A stretch of 63,479 nt of DNA, filler included, from Choristocarpus tenellus KU-1152 (lineage: Eukaryota; Protista; Phaeophyceae), in assembly GCA_964200185.2 (NCBI GenBank). It is 13 parts of 13 records of this genome, joined end to end, with 100 filler letters (N's around TTAATTAATTAA, not from the genome) between each part and the next. Parts side by side here need not be neighbours in the genome. Positions count along the whole stretch, not along the records: positions 1 to 7,411 come from CAXNAD020006194.1; positions 7,512 to 17,336 come from CAXNAD020003363.1; 11 more parts are not named here. One strand, 5' to 3'. The notes under the pieces were generated by a model. It ran no database searches and was not told the origin of the DNA. It worked only from the letters and a program-made list of their open reading frames with translations. Shown here piece after piece: positions 1 through 13,200 of the stretch. Both the position numbers and the translations under genes were made by a program. Position 1 is the first letter of the stretch. Each line of letters begins with the position of its first letter.

Positions 1-71
1 AAAATGCCCCCAACGAAAACCCCCCCCCACACGAGGCCCCCCCCCCCCCCCCCCCCCAGATACTTTGAGCC
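1..71. mobile_element. Terminus of poly-G/poly-C MITE family B (contig starts inside the element)
   Basis: (C)n-AGATACTTTGAGCC ending at 71; the same terminus occurs at 14157, 26174, 35879, 39953, 60884 and 63320. Confidence 0.7.
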
Positions 72-1429
72 ATGTGATGATTAATCAGTGCTTTCATTGG
101 CTGTCAATTGTAGTACATTGATGAATTATTACAGCAGGTGAGGCTGGGCACTCATGTTATGGAGGTATACACAAATCTTGTTGCCTATGAAGTGATGCTT
201 GTTTCTCTCTGTCACTGGATGCCCCACCTTCCTGTGCATTCAGAATGCGGTCTCATCTTACAGATAGAGGGAGAGGCTAGAGGGAGAGAGAGATGTCCGA
301 TAGTTTGCCGAAATTCAAGAATAGTAGGGAGGTTGATGAATGGTACATTCAAAAGCTGATTGTGCCTGCTTGAACTGCAGTCATATGGTGTGACCGGGTG
401 GTGTAATCTTTGTAGTTTTTTACATCTAACAGATTTTTTCTTATTTTTAATTGTGGTGTGTATCTGTCCCTGAATTCATGTTATTATAGGATTGTGAACA
501 AATGTTATTGGATTGTGTTGGTGACATCATTAGCTTTCCAGTACACCCTTAGTTGATCTATATCTCCATGTGTAAGGAAGGTTCTATGCATCTCGATACA
601 GTTGAAGGACCCATTTTGGTTGTGTGTTCTTATCTAGTTGATAAATTGAAATATAATTTTTGGCATATTTCTCTTGAAGAAAATGAATTGAATGATGCTA
701 AGGGGGTGTTGAATGATCCTTCGGGCCTGGGGCTGGTTCCCCACCAAATATTTGGTGCCTATCTCAGAGATCCAAAGTTCGGTCATGTTTCTTCTGTGTA
801 ATCATGTTTCAATGTGAAGATGAAGGGTAAATAATAAAAATTATTGTCTTTTTTTTTAATTTGAAGGGGGGTAGGTGATGTTTGTACAGTCTTTGGTCAT
901 TACTTCTCAAGAATTTTCCGATCTTCTTGAAAATATCATTAAAGAGCTTGGTGTTTCCAAATTGTTCGCGAGAAGGTGCTGTGTCTATCTTCCCCACCAT
1001 CTTATCCTACCTAGTCATCCCCCCCACGTGTGCAAGGTGCCGGGAATGCTGTGTGTAGGTGAACAACCCCCTCCAACAAGCGCTGAACACAACTTGCACA
1101 TGTACCACCATTCCTAGCATCTGTGAAGAGTTAGCCTGTGCCATTGTCACTGCCAGCATTAAGTATAGTAATGCCGATTGTGTTCCGCCTTTGGCTTTGA
1201 TAGAATGGGACCTTTCTGAGACTTGATTTATACACTCCTGTTCCTCTGGCCTTGGCCGCTGGTGGAACACCCATTATTTTTTTTTATGGCTGGTATTTTG
1301 TGCCTTTCCCCCCCCTCCCCCTCTATTGATTGAGTTCAAGACTGAGACTGATGAGAAAGGAGGATTAATGCATGTCGAAACCCTGCCACACCTCATGCTC
1401 TCTGCTCAACCATGTGCTGTGCTACCTAG

Positions 1430-2607
1430 GAGTCACCACAGGAAGGCTTTTCTGATGTATGCCAAAAACTGGTCACCCTGTACGACCATGCAATGAGGGG
1501 TGGGGCAGGAAGCCTGGGGGATGAGCCTCTGCTCAGGATGCTTGCCGGTCTGGGAACACTTCTGTTGGTGAGGATGGATTGACTTCATTTTTTTCCAGTA
1601 TGTTTATTGTTTATTTTTATTTTTTTGGAATCGAAGTGGAACTTTTTTTTTTAATTTACTGAGTGACTGGATTGTATCTATAAGGGAGTGGAGTGCGGGG
1701 TAGCGCTGACCTTTTTGAGGAGATGAAAATCCCCTCCAAGTTGTACCTGACCCTACTCTGGAAGACCTGCCTATTGTTGAGGGGGGAATTGTGAGTTCTT
1801 GAGCAGCACGTTCTCAGTCCTCCTTGTATCCTCTCAATATGTTTATTGATGTGTAATTGGTTGTGTATCGATGAAGGGGTTGAGGTCATGGTACAAAGCG
1901 CTATATTTAGGCCGCTAGAATATGGTGTGGGTCATATTCAGTCAATAGGATGAATCTTGCCTTGCGGTTGTCCCCCCCCCTACCCTATAGATGTTAGCAT
2001 CAGTTTAGTTTCAGTCATTACCTGGCTGGTACTTTTGATGTGCTTGTATAATAATGTAACCATAGATACCCCCTTCCACTCCCTCTCAGTCAAAATCGGT
2101 TTCTGCAAAGTGCCTCCAGGCTGCAAAGAACTTGAACATGGGGATGACTGTCAAGGCACTTGGTGAAGGTATGTGCATTAATATGAATTACATCACTTGA
2201 TGGAAATTCCGGGTGGACACTCAGATGTCGATTCTTTCTCCTGATCAAGAAATCTTGACCTTGCTCCTTTTAGTCTCCTTCTAGTGTGTGCTAGTGATTT
2301 TGTGAACATAATCTCTCTCCTCTTGTGGTATGATTTTTGAGCTTCAATTGTGTGCTATCCTTTTCTTCTATTCTCAAGTTCTACATCATTTTCATGATGA
2401 GAGGGTTAGGCAACAGACTCATCATATTTCATGTCTTTACAACACCAAGTGCCACAACTTGCACCTAACACAGTGGTAACTCCCATCAATGTCATGAAGC
2501 ATCAAACCCTGGCCCGGACTTCTCTCCCCCATTTCCCACAATTTTTAGGGAAGGCAGGTACAAAATTGTCGGAGTGTGTTGCTGATGTGGTCTCACTGCT
2601 GGGGTAG
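1430..2607 (+). CDS. PUL-domain protein (PLAA/Doa1/Ufd3-like C-terminus), last three exons, 5'-partial
   Basis: Exons 1430-1567, 2090-2168 and 2549-2607 have canonical AG/GT sites and compatible phases (0,1). Spliced product ...DEPLLRMLAGLGTLLLSKSVSAKCLQAAKNLNMGMTVKALGEGKAGTKLSECVADVVSLLG* follows the PUL C-terminal pattern (ExxxRxLxALGTL...AKxL...KxSEC...LL). Confidence 0.75.
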
Positions 2608-3884
2608 TACAGACTGGAAGTCATACAAAGAATTGAGCATTGCAATTCAAATTGGAGGGGTGCTTCTGACAGTTGTGGAGCATTTGTTTGGCCTTCTTCA
2701 GGAGGGGTGGGAAAGGGGCAGAAGAGGAGGTAGAGCATGCCCACATTACCTCTGTTGAGGTTGGAAGCACACTTGAGGGATAAATGCTGTGTGTGTGTTG
2801 TCTCTCCTGTCCTCTTAGTCTCGATGTACTTGGAAGTGTATATTTGTGAAGGTGATGCAAGTGGCAGTTGCATGAAAATGTGCCCTAGCCAAGGGTTTGC
2901 TGAAGAAGTCCTTTCCAGTACAGGTTGTGCTTTCCACAGTGAGAACTTGAGATCTCAGAAGCGGGGATGGGATGAGTATACAGCAGGGATTGGGATACAT
3001 TCAGGGATGTATAACAATTTTTGAAGGAGTCGAAGGAGTCATACCCTGCTGCTCCTACTATGTCATACATGCACACATAATATATTTATTTTTATCCTAT
3101 GGTTGAAACAAATGCAGTGAAAAAACAAAACATGGTTCAAAGGCATAATCATGAGAGCACCAGCAGGGTTCCTCACACCTTCAACGCAAATGTTAAAGGC
3201 AACTCTAATACCTACCTCTCCCTGACCTACCTAAAACAACAACGACCATACATCTCCCACAATTTTCACGAGAACACGTATTTGCACATGATAAAAAAAA
3301 ACATGGAATGGGCCTTACACACTAGAATTATGGAGCACCATTTCCCCTTCGTTTTGTCTCAGCACCATGAGAAACATGTGGAGCTATCGCTCTGTAGCGC
3401 TAATAATTATGACACACTAACCTTCACCTACTTCACCTGGCTTGGGGGCAACGACCACCCAGGGCACAATTCCTTACATGCCTGGTGAAGTATCATTAAC
3501 AAACTCGTTTAAGATACACCCACCCATCCCTGACAGACTCGACAGAAAATTACTCTTCAGGATTGGCATCTGGAATTCTAATGTGTGGGAATTTTCTTAA
3601 TTCAGTACGCAATCGGCAGTCATGAAGAAGATTCGACCAATCTCCACCTACAACATCCCTTTGCGCCAATCTCTGACATCCACAAGTCCCTGTGATGTGA
3701 TCACACCACACGCGCCCTGCAATACCAAGTGCCAACCAAGGCCAGCTGTTCTTCTTGCTCTTCTTCCTACTCCAAATGTGTCACCAGCCCCTTCCATATA
3801 TTCTCTGTTCTACTTCAGCCCTTGTACCCCCACAAACTTCTCCACCTTTCTTCATTAATGACTTGACAACTCCCTCAGTGAGAG

Positions 3885-6870
3885 CTAATCATCTCTCCTT
3901 TGTGATACTATGGCAGCAACAAGACTGTCGGCATCCTCCCCTGTCTTCACCTGTAGTGGCCAACAAAAAATTGGGATCGATATGGAAGCCATGAGATGTT
4001 GTGTTTGCTAGGTCACACCAAAGGGCCTCCTCAACTACTCGATTAAAATAAAAATTCCTCAAGTCAGACGAGCATTAGGAATCAAAACCATGACAGTTTC
4101 TTGCTGACTGGAAAAGGGTTGGGCAAGAGGGGCGTGGTGAGTTGCAGTCCTTACCCTAAGAAGGTATGTCATCGGGCCCTCTGCACTCAAGCATGACATC
4201 CGCACAGCCTTTTCTCCTGTCTTCTCACCCTTGAGCAGATGCTGTAGTGATACATTGAGGACAACCTGCATATATGACAGACGATTTATCAGGTACGTTA
4301 GAATAATCCACTGTAAAAGTATGCATTCCGCTGCACTCCCTACATGAAACCTTGGCAAAAACAACAGAGCCCGAACAGACCAACCAAATATCCACGGTTG
4401 AATAGACTGTGCTACTCCTTTACAAGTATGACGACCGTATTTACTCAGAAAGCACACACCTGTGTACCACCAGTACATACTACAAAAACCAGTGATCAGT
4501 ATCACAGACATGGGAGATGGTAGACCCGAACAAAACTGCCTAAGTATGCGGTCAAAGTGTTCAAGGAAAGGTATAAAATGTGGTCAATTTGGTTGCCTCA
4601 CCTGCTGACTAGCATCCCTTCGCATCACCACTCGTGAAGTAGTCCCTGCAAAATGGAGGGGTGAATAGTGGCCAGAGGCAGGGGGGACACATGCGGTGAA
4701 ATTTGAAGGTGAATGACAAAGGAAGGGCTACAGGAGAACACACAGCTTTTTCAAACAGTTTTTTCATTGACGGAGACAAAATGAATTATGTTTATCTTAC
4801 CCCAAATTGGGAGGCATTGGACAATTCGCGCATCCTCTCGTCACTCGTGTCACTGGAGATATGATTCTCATAATGCAAGAGTTAGCGCTCCACTGAAGGG
4901 ATACCAGACAATAAACTAGGGGGTGCACCTTGAATACATGTTGGCTGGAAAAAATGCTAAATAACAAATCTTAACGATTCTTATCCCCCCCAACCCCCGG
5001 CACTTGTTGCCCTCTCCCAAAGCCTGAACATCCTCACTAAACCTAAAACATCTTGAAATCACCTCCATAAATACTTCAAATTCACTCTCCTCCCCGCCCC
5101 CCACCACGATGAAACAACCTCTGATGCACTCTTAACATTTTGTAGCAAGTACAGACTCACTAATCCAAATCTGAGAGTGGACACAGCGTATGCCTTATTG
5201 CTGCACGGGGTAGAATCATGTCAAGGAGAGACCCTACATCAATTTCAAGACAATGTACATCTTCTCCCTACAAAACGCCTGTACATTGGCATAGGAAAGA
5301 TCAATTTCCACAAAACTATTTCCCCTTCCAGAACATTCTTCTGCCTTCAACACTGTTGCCCCAGACTCTTACGACAAGTCCCAACACCCCTCAATTCAAC
5401 TTGCCCCTCCCACACCCAAGCATCATCTCCTTCCAATCTACTACCTTCAAACTTCATCATTCCCATCCACAAAATAGAAAGGGAGAGGAGGAGGGATTAG
5501 AGAGGCCTACGCCAGGCACGCAATCCAACCTACCAAGCAATCAACTCCTCAGACATGGACAGAAACTTCAAAGACATTTGTAGCAAAGGAACCAATGCAG
5601 TCCATTCAGCACTGTAAAGATTCCATTTCGATTCAAACCGGGTAGGAAGAGAGATCAACTGAAAATGAGGGCACCCATGAATCCCATGCAGAGTGTGAGG
5701 TGTACTTGAAGGGACTGTAGACAAAACGACAATATTGGTAAGATTATTAACATACATTTCAGGATGGGGTGCTACATATCTCCACTCCCTCCACGGTGAT
5801 GCAAAAACAATTACATTTTTTTTTAAATAGTCAGTGCACAAGCTCTAAAGGGAGTTGGGAGTTGCGTTAATTATTTTTTTGTGGGGTTAGATCTATTCCA
5901 CATCCTCTATACACACACACAACATTAAAATTGTGCTCCCTAAGCTATGGCGATCACCTCTCTTGCTCCCATTCTCCTTTGAATCTGCTGCATCCCCTGC
6001 CTTGTCTCCTTCTTCTTCTCCATTTTCTGCATCTTGTGTGTTTTCTGATTTGGCATCCACTTCCAAGCTGTGCAGAACCTGACGAAAAAATATGTATGTT
6101 GGTACCAAACAAGCAATGGTCCAGCCAACCGTGGAGGGGGAGGAAGGAAAGGAAGTACGGACATCAAGGCATGATATTTCACCACCTAACCTCGCCTTCA
6201 AGAGCATTAACTTTGTCCTCAAGCGTGGGAGAACAACTCTAGACTACTATACAACCCTACGGGAGATCAACACACACGTATCATACTTTAGGGGTGCAGT
6301 GCTTAAGTTAGACATTACAAACAACTATGAGATCCAAAACATCAATACAGGCTCAGTGCGATAAACCCTCACTGGACAGTCTAAATCAGTCCACTCTTGC
6401 CTTGAGAAGTCCAACTCCGACCTCTGCCCACTCAGTGGCATTCAGTCGGTACAGCTTAGCCCGCGTCTTGAAGGTGCATTCCTCCCCTTCCTCGCCATTG
6501 ACCACCTGGGATGGGTCCAAGAGGCCCTCCACTGCAAGCAACGGCAAACATCGAGGTCAAGAGGAAGGGGTCAAAATTAGGACATGTACATTATCATGGC
6601 ACATTGTTGGTCAATACTCGTGGCGGGGTTTATAACGGCCAACGAAAAAAAAAGAAAAACGCGTAAATAATAAAAAGAACTTTCTACTCTAATCACCTGA
6701 GTGCTTTATTAAGAACAAATACGTATTCAAATGCTTCCAACCGTAGGAACATTGCCAAAGGCCATCTTAATTTTTTTTTGTTTTGTTTTGTAGTCACAGG
6801 GCCTAACTCCACACCACTAAGGATATCACCTCGTCCCTTGGCCCCTCCGTCGGCACTATCCCCTTCTACC
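3885..6870 (-). CDS. Ran-binding-domain (RanBP1-type) protein, Nup50/Nup2/RanBP3-like; 5' boundary uncertain
   Basis: Exons (minus strand): one ending at 6830, then 6531-6401, 6078-5958, 4645-4602, 4265-4155, 3950-3885; phases are consistent. Product NGEEGEECTFKTRAKLYRLNATEWAEVGVGLLKVL...SRVVMRRDASQQVVLNVSL...YLLRVKTGEDADSLVAAI carries the RanBD motifs GEExE, RAKLYR, EWxExGxG and RxxMRR. Confidence 0.85.
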
Positions 6871-7411
6871 GCCTTCCCAGCACCATTCCGACCATACCAA
6901 GGCATCATCAGCAAAGTTCACACGCGGAAGGCGTTGGGCGCAGAGATAGGGCAGGGAGTGGCGACAATACAGAGAGCATTTAGGGCACCACCAACTTTTG
7001 CACCCACCCCAAACATGGATCCAACCGTTGCATTTGAAAGGGTTGAGTGACTAGAAGGAGAGCGTACACACACCCTTCTCCAAGAGTTCAATGTTGATTT
7101 CGTGGACAAAACAACCCTAACCCTAAGTTATAAATAGGTTACAACATAGTTTGACAGGAACGAAAGAGTTAACGGTAGCATCACCACAATTGATCAAGCG
7201 TGAAATATGCATGTATTGTTCATGTAATTGGCATAATGGGTTAGAGTTAGGATTAAGGTTAGTGCCCCCGTGAGAAAAAGGGGGACGGGGGCGGGGCAGG
7301 GTTTGGACTTGTCTTGCCAAAAAAAAAAAAATCTGGGTTGGGTGTGCTCTGATGGTAGAATTTGAAAGACATATAAAAAAACCCCTTTTTAAAGCCCACC
7401 AAGGCAATACA

Positions 7412-7511
7412 NNNNNNNNNNNNNNNNNNNNNNNNNNNNNNNNNNNNNNNNNNNNTTAATTAATTAANNNNNNNNNNNNNNNNNNNNNNNNNNNNNNNNN
7501 NNNNNNNNNNN
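7412..7511. other. Artificial contig spacer 1 (N44-TTAATTAATTAA-N44)
   Basis: 100-bp linker with stop codons in all six frames. Identical linkers at 17337-17436, 22040-22139, 26236-26335, 32261-32360, 36755-36854, 39834-39933, 42925-43024, 46734-46833, 51272-51371, 57861-57960 and 60704-60803. Confidence 0.98.
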
Positions 7512-7528
7512 AGTCAATTTTGGGTCAA

Positions 7529-7577
7529 GCCCATTCTCAATGAAAAGCTCCATCCTCAATTTTTGAAATCGGCTGTT
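7529..7577 (+). repeat. Dispersed repeat shared with the start of contig 6 (32361-32408)
   Basis: CCCAT(T/C)CTCAATGAAAAGCTCCATCCTCAATTTTTGAAATCGGCTGTT occurs at or near both contig starts. Confidence 0.8.
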
Positions 7578-9443
7578 ATCTGATGACCAACCAGTAGTGC
7601 GAACCCCCTTTGTCACTGATTTCCAGTCACCCCCCTTGTTTTTACTACTACTAGTCACAATCTCAAATAAAGACCGCTCAAATTTTAGACATATCGAATT
7701 TTTACTGAAGTAAAATGATGAAGACTCTTATCTGCCATGAATAAAATATTCAAAATAAAATATAAAATTTATTTAAATATGCTTCAATTTTTTTTTGCTG
7801 TTTAAGCATTACTTTAATTAGTTACCCTTCAACCCCACACAAGTTACCACTTCCCCTCAACCCCACAGCAGTTACCATTCCACTCACCCCCGTAACAATT
7901 ACCACTCCACAATCATCCAAGAACACCCCCTCACCATCCACTTCATATCGTGCCTTTGAGCTGGAAGACATCTACCCCGCCCAAACTTGACCTCCCCTCC
8001 CTTTTCCCAATGTTCCCATCAGTCGTGAGCAAGGGTCAGGTCAGGGTGGGTGGGCGGGAAAGCTTACTCGGAGGTTGTCTTGTTGCCGCTCTCCTCATCT
8101 TGTACCCCTAGTTCCAGCAATCTTTAAGTACTGACCATTCCTTTCCCCTCTCCTTCCTCCTACCACTCGTGTCTTCAACTTCTCTCCCCATTCTCTTAGC
8201 CAGTCAATCCTTAACTAAACGTTCCCTTCTTGCCAATTCTTATTCTTCTTTCTGACCCTTCACTCCTTCCCCCCAACCGACCAGAATTCTTCCACCCCCA
8301 AAACTCAGATTACCTCATCAACTGTCTCTTGTTGACGATTCATCAGTGTAGATTATTTGGCATTTACGATTTGTTTGACCGTTAATTTCGCACACATAAA
8401 AAATACTGTTTTCTGGGATTGGTTCCAAGAGTGGACAACAACCCCTGCACCTGCTCCAGAGGTTCACACTCTGCAACCCGTGATGCCACCATCACAAAGA
8501 GGGCACAACACGAGATCACCCGCCTCCTAAACAGGATCCAACTGAAAGGAGTGTGTTCTCGGAGAAGAGGTAGGAGTTTTATGTTAAGGTGGCGAATCGT
8601 TTGGCCTGTACACTGATATACCGACTCTTTCCGATGAGATGATGTTACCTTGTGAACTGTGGGTGTATGAGCTCTGAATGCGTATCATCCAGCTATGCAT
8701 CAAGGTACACTTAGGTCGGGGTGAGATCTATGCCTACATGGGAACCATATCACCCCATAATCAAAGAAGAGTCAGACATATAAGTGTCTCAGTCTAATGA
8801 AGCCCCATACAGGACTGTCGTTTAACAACTCTATCTAATGCTAAAGATGTCTTTGTTAATGTTAGTCAACGACCGTTCTACATGTCCACTGTCATTACAC
8901 ATGACAGTCTTGCATCATTAACAATAGTAGCCGAAAACTTGACAGCATTTATCAATAGATCATCAAAACTGGAAATAGAAACTAAAGTCAAACTCAGCTA
9001 CCTCAAGCAGCAGTAAACTAAAATATTACGAATAACAAAAAGCTACCTATCCAATTTTAAATTGAAGTGTTGTAGTATGTTACAGTATTCATGGGTGTAT
9101 GATCTTGTACTTTGTCCACTAAACACGGAGCCAGCGTGGGGGATAACATCACAGACATCCTCTCGGTTGGGGAAATATTATTTGCCCATGTTGACCTAGG
9201 TAACATCAGAAAGTAGTCAATTGACCCTAGCCAGTCTGCCAAGCTAGTGCATTAATTAGAACATCAACACAATGTGTTGCAACTCACCCTCTACCCTTTC
9301 TTCCTGACTGACTCTGTAAGATTGCAGTTCAGATTCACACCTAAGTCCCTGAGGGTTGATCACATTCATATTACACGAAGTTATCCACATGTTATGTTAC
9401 ATTAAGCTTTTACTTCAAGTCAAGTCAGTCCTTCAGCTTGTTT

Positions 9444-9703
9444 GAGTTAAAGTATCTTAGAGGGTAGAGCCGCATCCATTTGGGAGTCAAAATACAATGT
9501 TGCGATTTTGATGTAATTTTGACTATGGCGATTATTAGGAGATGTCATTATCCTTATTCCGATCACATCTTCTCATAGTGTATACATTTGGCCTACTCGC
9601 AAAAAGTTTTGGAGTAGGTAGTATGTCATTAAAAACCCGTGGAATGTCAAGCCCCAAATGGACAAACAGGGCAAAACTCGTACCCTCTAAGATACTTTCA
9701 CTC
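9444..9703. mobile_element. MITE family A copy 1 (260 bp)
   Basis: GAGTTAAAGTATCTTAGAGGGTAG...GTACCCTCTAAGATACTTTCACTC terminal inverted repeats; internal sequence collinear with the other copies; TSD not clean (GTTT/TTTA). Confidence 0.92.
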
Positions 9704-10263
9704 TTTACATCATTCGCAATATTTACCTGAACAAAATAAATACTACATGACTGCAACACACGAAGTTCATACTTGGTGTTGATGTTGCTAATCACCCACA
9801 GACTACCAATGTGAGGAAACAAAGGGTAGGAGGAGAAGAGGCTGGTTGTACAAAAACTCAATCAAAATCAGCTACAGGCTTGGCAATAGCACAGAAAGCA
9901 AGACAATTACACCAATCTACACAAGCACCACCAAGGTGGTACAAACCCAACACCGAGTGCAAGAAATATTTTCGGCACCCAGTTGACCGAAGTTTTTGTA
10001 GAGTAGACGAGAGCGGCCTCCAATTAACAGATGTTGGACTGAAGAATTTCTTGTACCACATTGTTAGAGGACTTTGATGAGCTTGAGAAGCACGCACCCT
10101 CCGTAAGCACAAACGCTCCATCACCAGTAAACATGTTATCTTTCTTATTCGAGCTGAATTTGGTATTAGTACAATCCTTAAATCTGTAACAAATTGAATA
10201 TCGAAGAAGCAAAGAGGAAAAAGATGCAAATGGAGACAGGAAGTGGGACGGGAAGTTACAAAA

Positions 10264-13200
10264 TCAAAAGTAAGATTTTCTTGCAGAGAAATTAAGCAGT
10301 AGGAAGTTCCTGGAGGTAAGACCATTGTCATGAAAGGTCCATCCGCACTGGGATCTGCTCAGATTTTTCTTTTCTCTATCTTCCTGGATTGTCCAATGAT
10401 TACCCCTGTCAACAAAAACACATGAGAGTTCACGCAAAATGACGTTCACACCAAAACAGTTTTTCTAACTACAAAAACAAGTACCACCACAAAAACAGGT
10501 CTCCACTCTCGTTTCGGAGCATCCAATTGGGTATCTATCTGCGAGGATTCTTGTAGGGTAAAGGAATATCTTTGTGATAAAAAACCTACCCACTATTGTG
10601 GGCAGCCAGAAAAATTCTCTATACATACCTCGAAACAAAGATAAAATTTAACCCGTGAAAGCAAGCTACTCATTGTGCAACAGAACAGAGAATATCTTAG
10701 AGTTTAAAACAAAAATATCTCCCACGGGACTCACGTTATATTAGATGACTTCTTGAATTTGTTTTTCACAATAGTTGTTTTGTCTGCCTCAGTCAAGAAA
10801 ATGGCCGAGGTGCCACCTTTGATGACATTCTTCCTGCGATGGTTTTAGATTTGATCAACAGTACTGTAGAGTGAATAGTTCCTAGCAGAAATAGACAATA
10901 CATCTATCTATATAACCTGGCATTTCTCGTCATGAGCTTCCAAGCATCCCTGACAGCCCCAACTTATCCTACACAATTGTGAAGCTCCAAGAAGTGAGGT
11001 TAAGTTGACTCTTGGTCTTCCATTTGAAGACACTTTTTCCAAGTTCAAAAGTCAGAAATTAGGCACAAAAAGTGCCATCGTAAACAGATGAAAGTTAATT
11101 GAACTGTCTTACGCGAAAGTGAAGTATAAAGAAGTGTGCAAACTCTACATTAAAAGCCTCTTTACAAGTTGTAAGATCAAAAGTATGTACTTATCTACAT
11201 GAAATTCACAGTGATAGGGGTAAGGGATCTTGAAATTGTTTTGTAGATGTTTCCAGATCAATCTATTCTAAGCAACTTCTTACCAACCTGAAAGTGTTAC
11301 CGGTGTTCCTCCCATCAAGGCTAGTGTCGTAAGGTTGGTCTGATTGCCCTTTGTATGTGTAAAATGAACTTCTGGAGCTCCAAAGCAACCTGTTTTTGTG
11401 GATCTGAAGGTACAGAGGTAAGAGGAAGTGAAGAGTGAAAGTAGATGAGAGGTATCCAGAGATGCATTTTAGGGATGTTGACAAGTATGTGCAAAATTTG
11501 ACTTCCTTCACAATATGTTAGTAGGATATTTTCTGAATTGTGTCGAAATTTTCGAAGCAATGAGAAACCGATGTTCTTACGTCAAACATGTACTTCATCC
11601 ATAGAGATATTGTATTGGTGAATTGCAGAAAATTAAAAATCTGACATAAAATGCGAAAAGTCCAGAACCTGGGTACCTCTCGTTTACTTTACTTTGCCTC
11701 AAATGTATTGGGCATGTCAGCATTGATCATATTCAAGGCATGAGTACAATACCAGCACAAAAAAATTGCAGATTTTTTTTTTTTTAAATGTACCTCTGAG
11801 CAGCTGCCATACCCTTCACATCTTTGACACATTCACTTTCAGATCTTTTAGAGTTGAAACCAGTGAAATCATTGGAGAAGAAGATTGTTGGTCATTTAGA
11901 GTGAGTATAATCTTTTTTGTATGCACCTGTAATGTCCTTCAAGTACTTTACTTGGTGGATACATTTCAAGACACTTACATTGTTTCTATTACTGCTGACA
12001 CTCAGGCGAACACCAAATTTGTTTCTCAAAAATATGTTTTTCTCAATCAGAGAGTCAGATGTTTCCAGGAGGGCAAGACCAGCATCCCCATTGTCGTAGA
12101 CGTAGTTGTTGGTGACTTTGGAGTTGTGGCATTGGCGGTGTAGCATTATTCCCGTGATGGCATTGTCATGGACAATGTTGTCGGATATGTCAAGATTATC
12201 ACACCTTTTTGAGGCAATGATACCGTGGTTCCCTGAAAAGGGTAGGTGCATTCAATTCAGCAAAGTCACACCACAGAGAAAGAAGAAATGGCAAGGGGTA
12301 AAAAAGTGTACAAAGGTTGATGTACGGAACAAGACAACAGTCCTTCCCTGCAGCTAAAACTCAAATATCTCCTTCTGCTAGTAAGAACACTACCTGACCT
12401 AAACATTGGCATAGATTATAAAGTACACATAAATTAATCAAAAATGACTCTTCCTACAACAATTGCATCTTCGAAAGAGACATTTAATATCTAAAGTACA
12501 GTGACAGAAAAACTTGCTTCTGTAAGGGCTCACCATTGTTGTAGACATGGTTGTGTGTGATAATGAGATTATCACTGTCATCATGAGGGTCAAATCCGTA
12601 CTGGATATTGTTGTGAACCTCATTGTTGCTCCAAACTCCGCCCTGTTAGACGAAATTATATGCTAGTTCTGTTAATGTTTACGGTTGTCCATAATGAGAA
12701 AAGGTATTGTTACTTTTCAACCATTGGTAAAGTTAACAAATGACTACATTCATTTTCAAAAATATCAAATCAATCTGCTCTCCTTCACAACAATATGCGA
12801 TACACGGTAGAGTATTTTGGATCAAGGATCATTTTGTAATATTGATACGCTGAACCAACATAAAGGTAAGGACCAAACACCACTACAAAGACTGCATTGC
12901 TTACAAGAACCAAGGAAATGCCTTTCTTTTACACTAAAGTAGAAAAACCATTAAAAAAATAATATATACTAGGGTGCTACAAAATTTAAGACATTGCCCG
13001 GATTTCACATCCATGTTTTTTTCATCAAGGGCAAAGATCATTCAGAGCATTCAAGAACAAAAAATAATAATAATGAGATTTAAAAACGAACAAAAAGGCT
13101 CATTTGAAATTCCCGTTGTATCTAACTGTGAGGCTGTCATTTTCATTAGCTGCAAGGATAGTTTCTACAGCAAGTGCTCTGGATGAGTACTCAAGCTCTT

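Noticed and set aside
1346-1360. Hammerhead ribozyme cores at CTGATGA words (also near 7580, 33009 and 35321)
   Set aside because: No stem II followed by GAAA and no flanking helices could be built by eye.
4059-4650. Reverse transcriptase remnant or stand-alone ORF 4059-4511
   Set aside because: Better explained as exons of the Ran-binding-domain gene with exact splice phases.
7456-7467. Recurrent palindrome TTAATTAATTAA as a regulatory or recombination site
   Set aside because: Always embedded in N44 on both sides; it is an assembly linker.
9811-10077. 88-aa plus-strand ORF downstream of MC5E
   Set aside because: No recognisable motif or supported splice partner; left uncalled.
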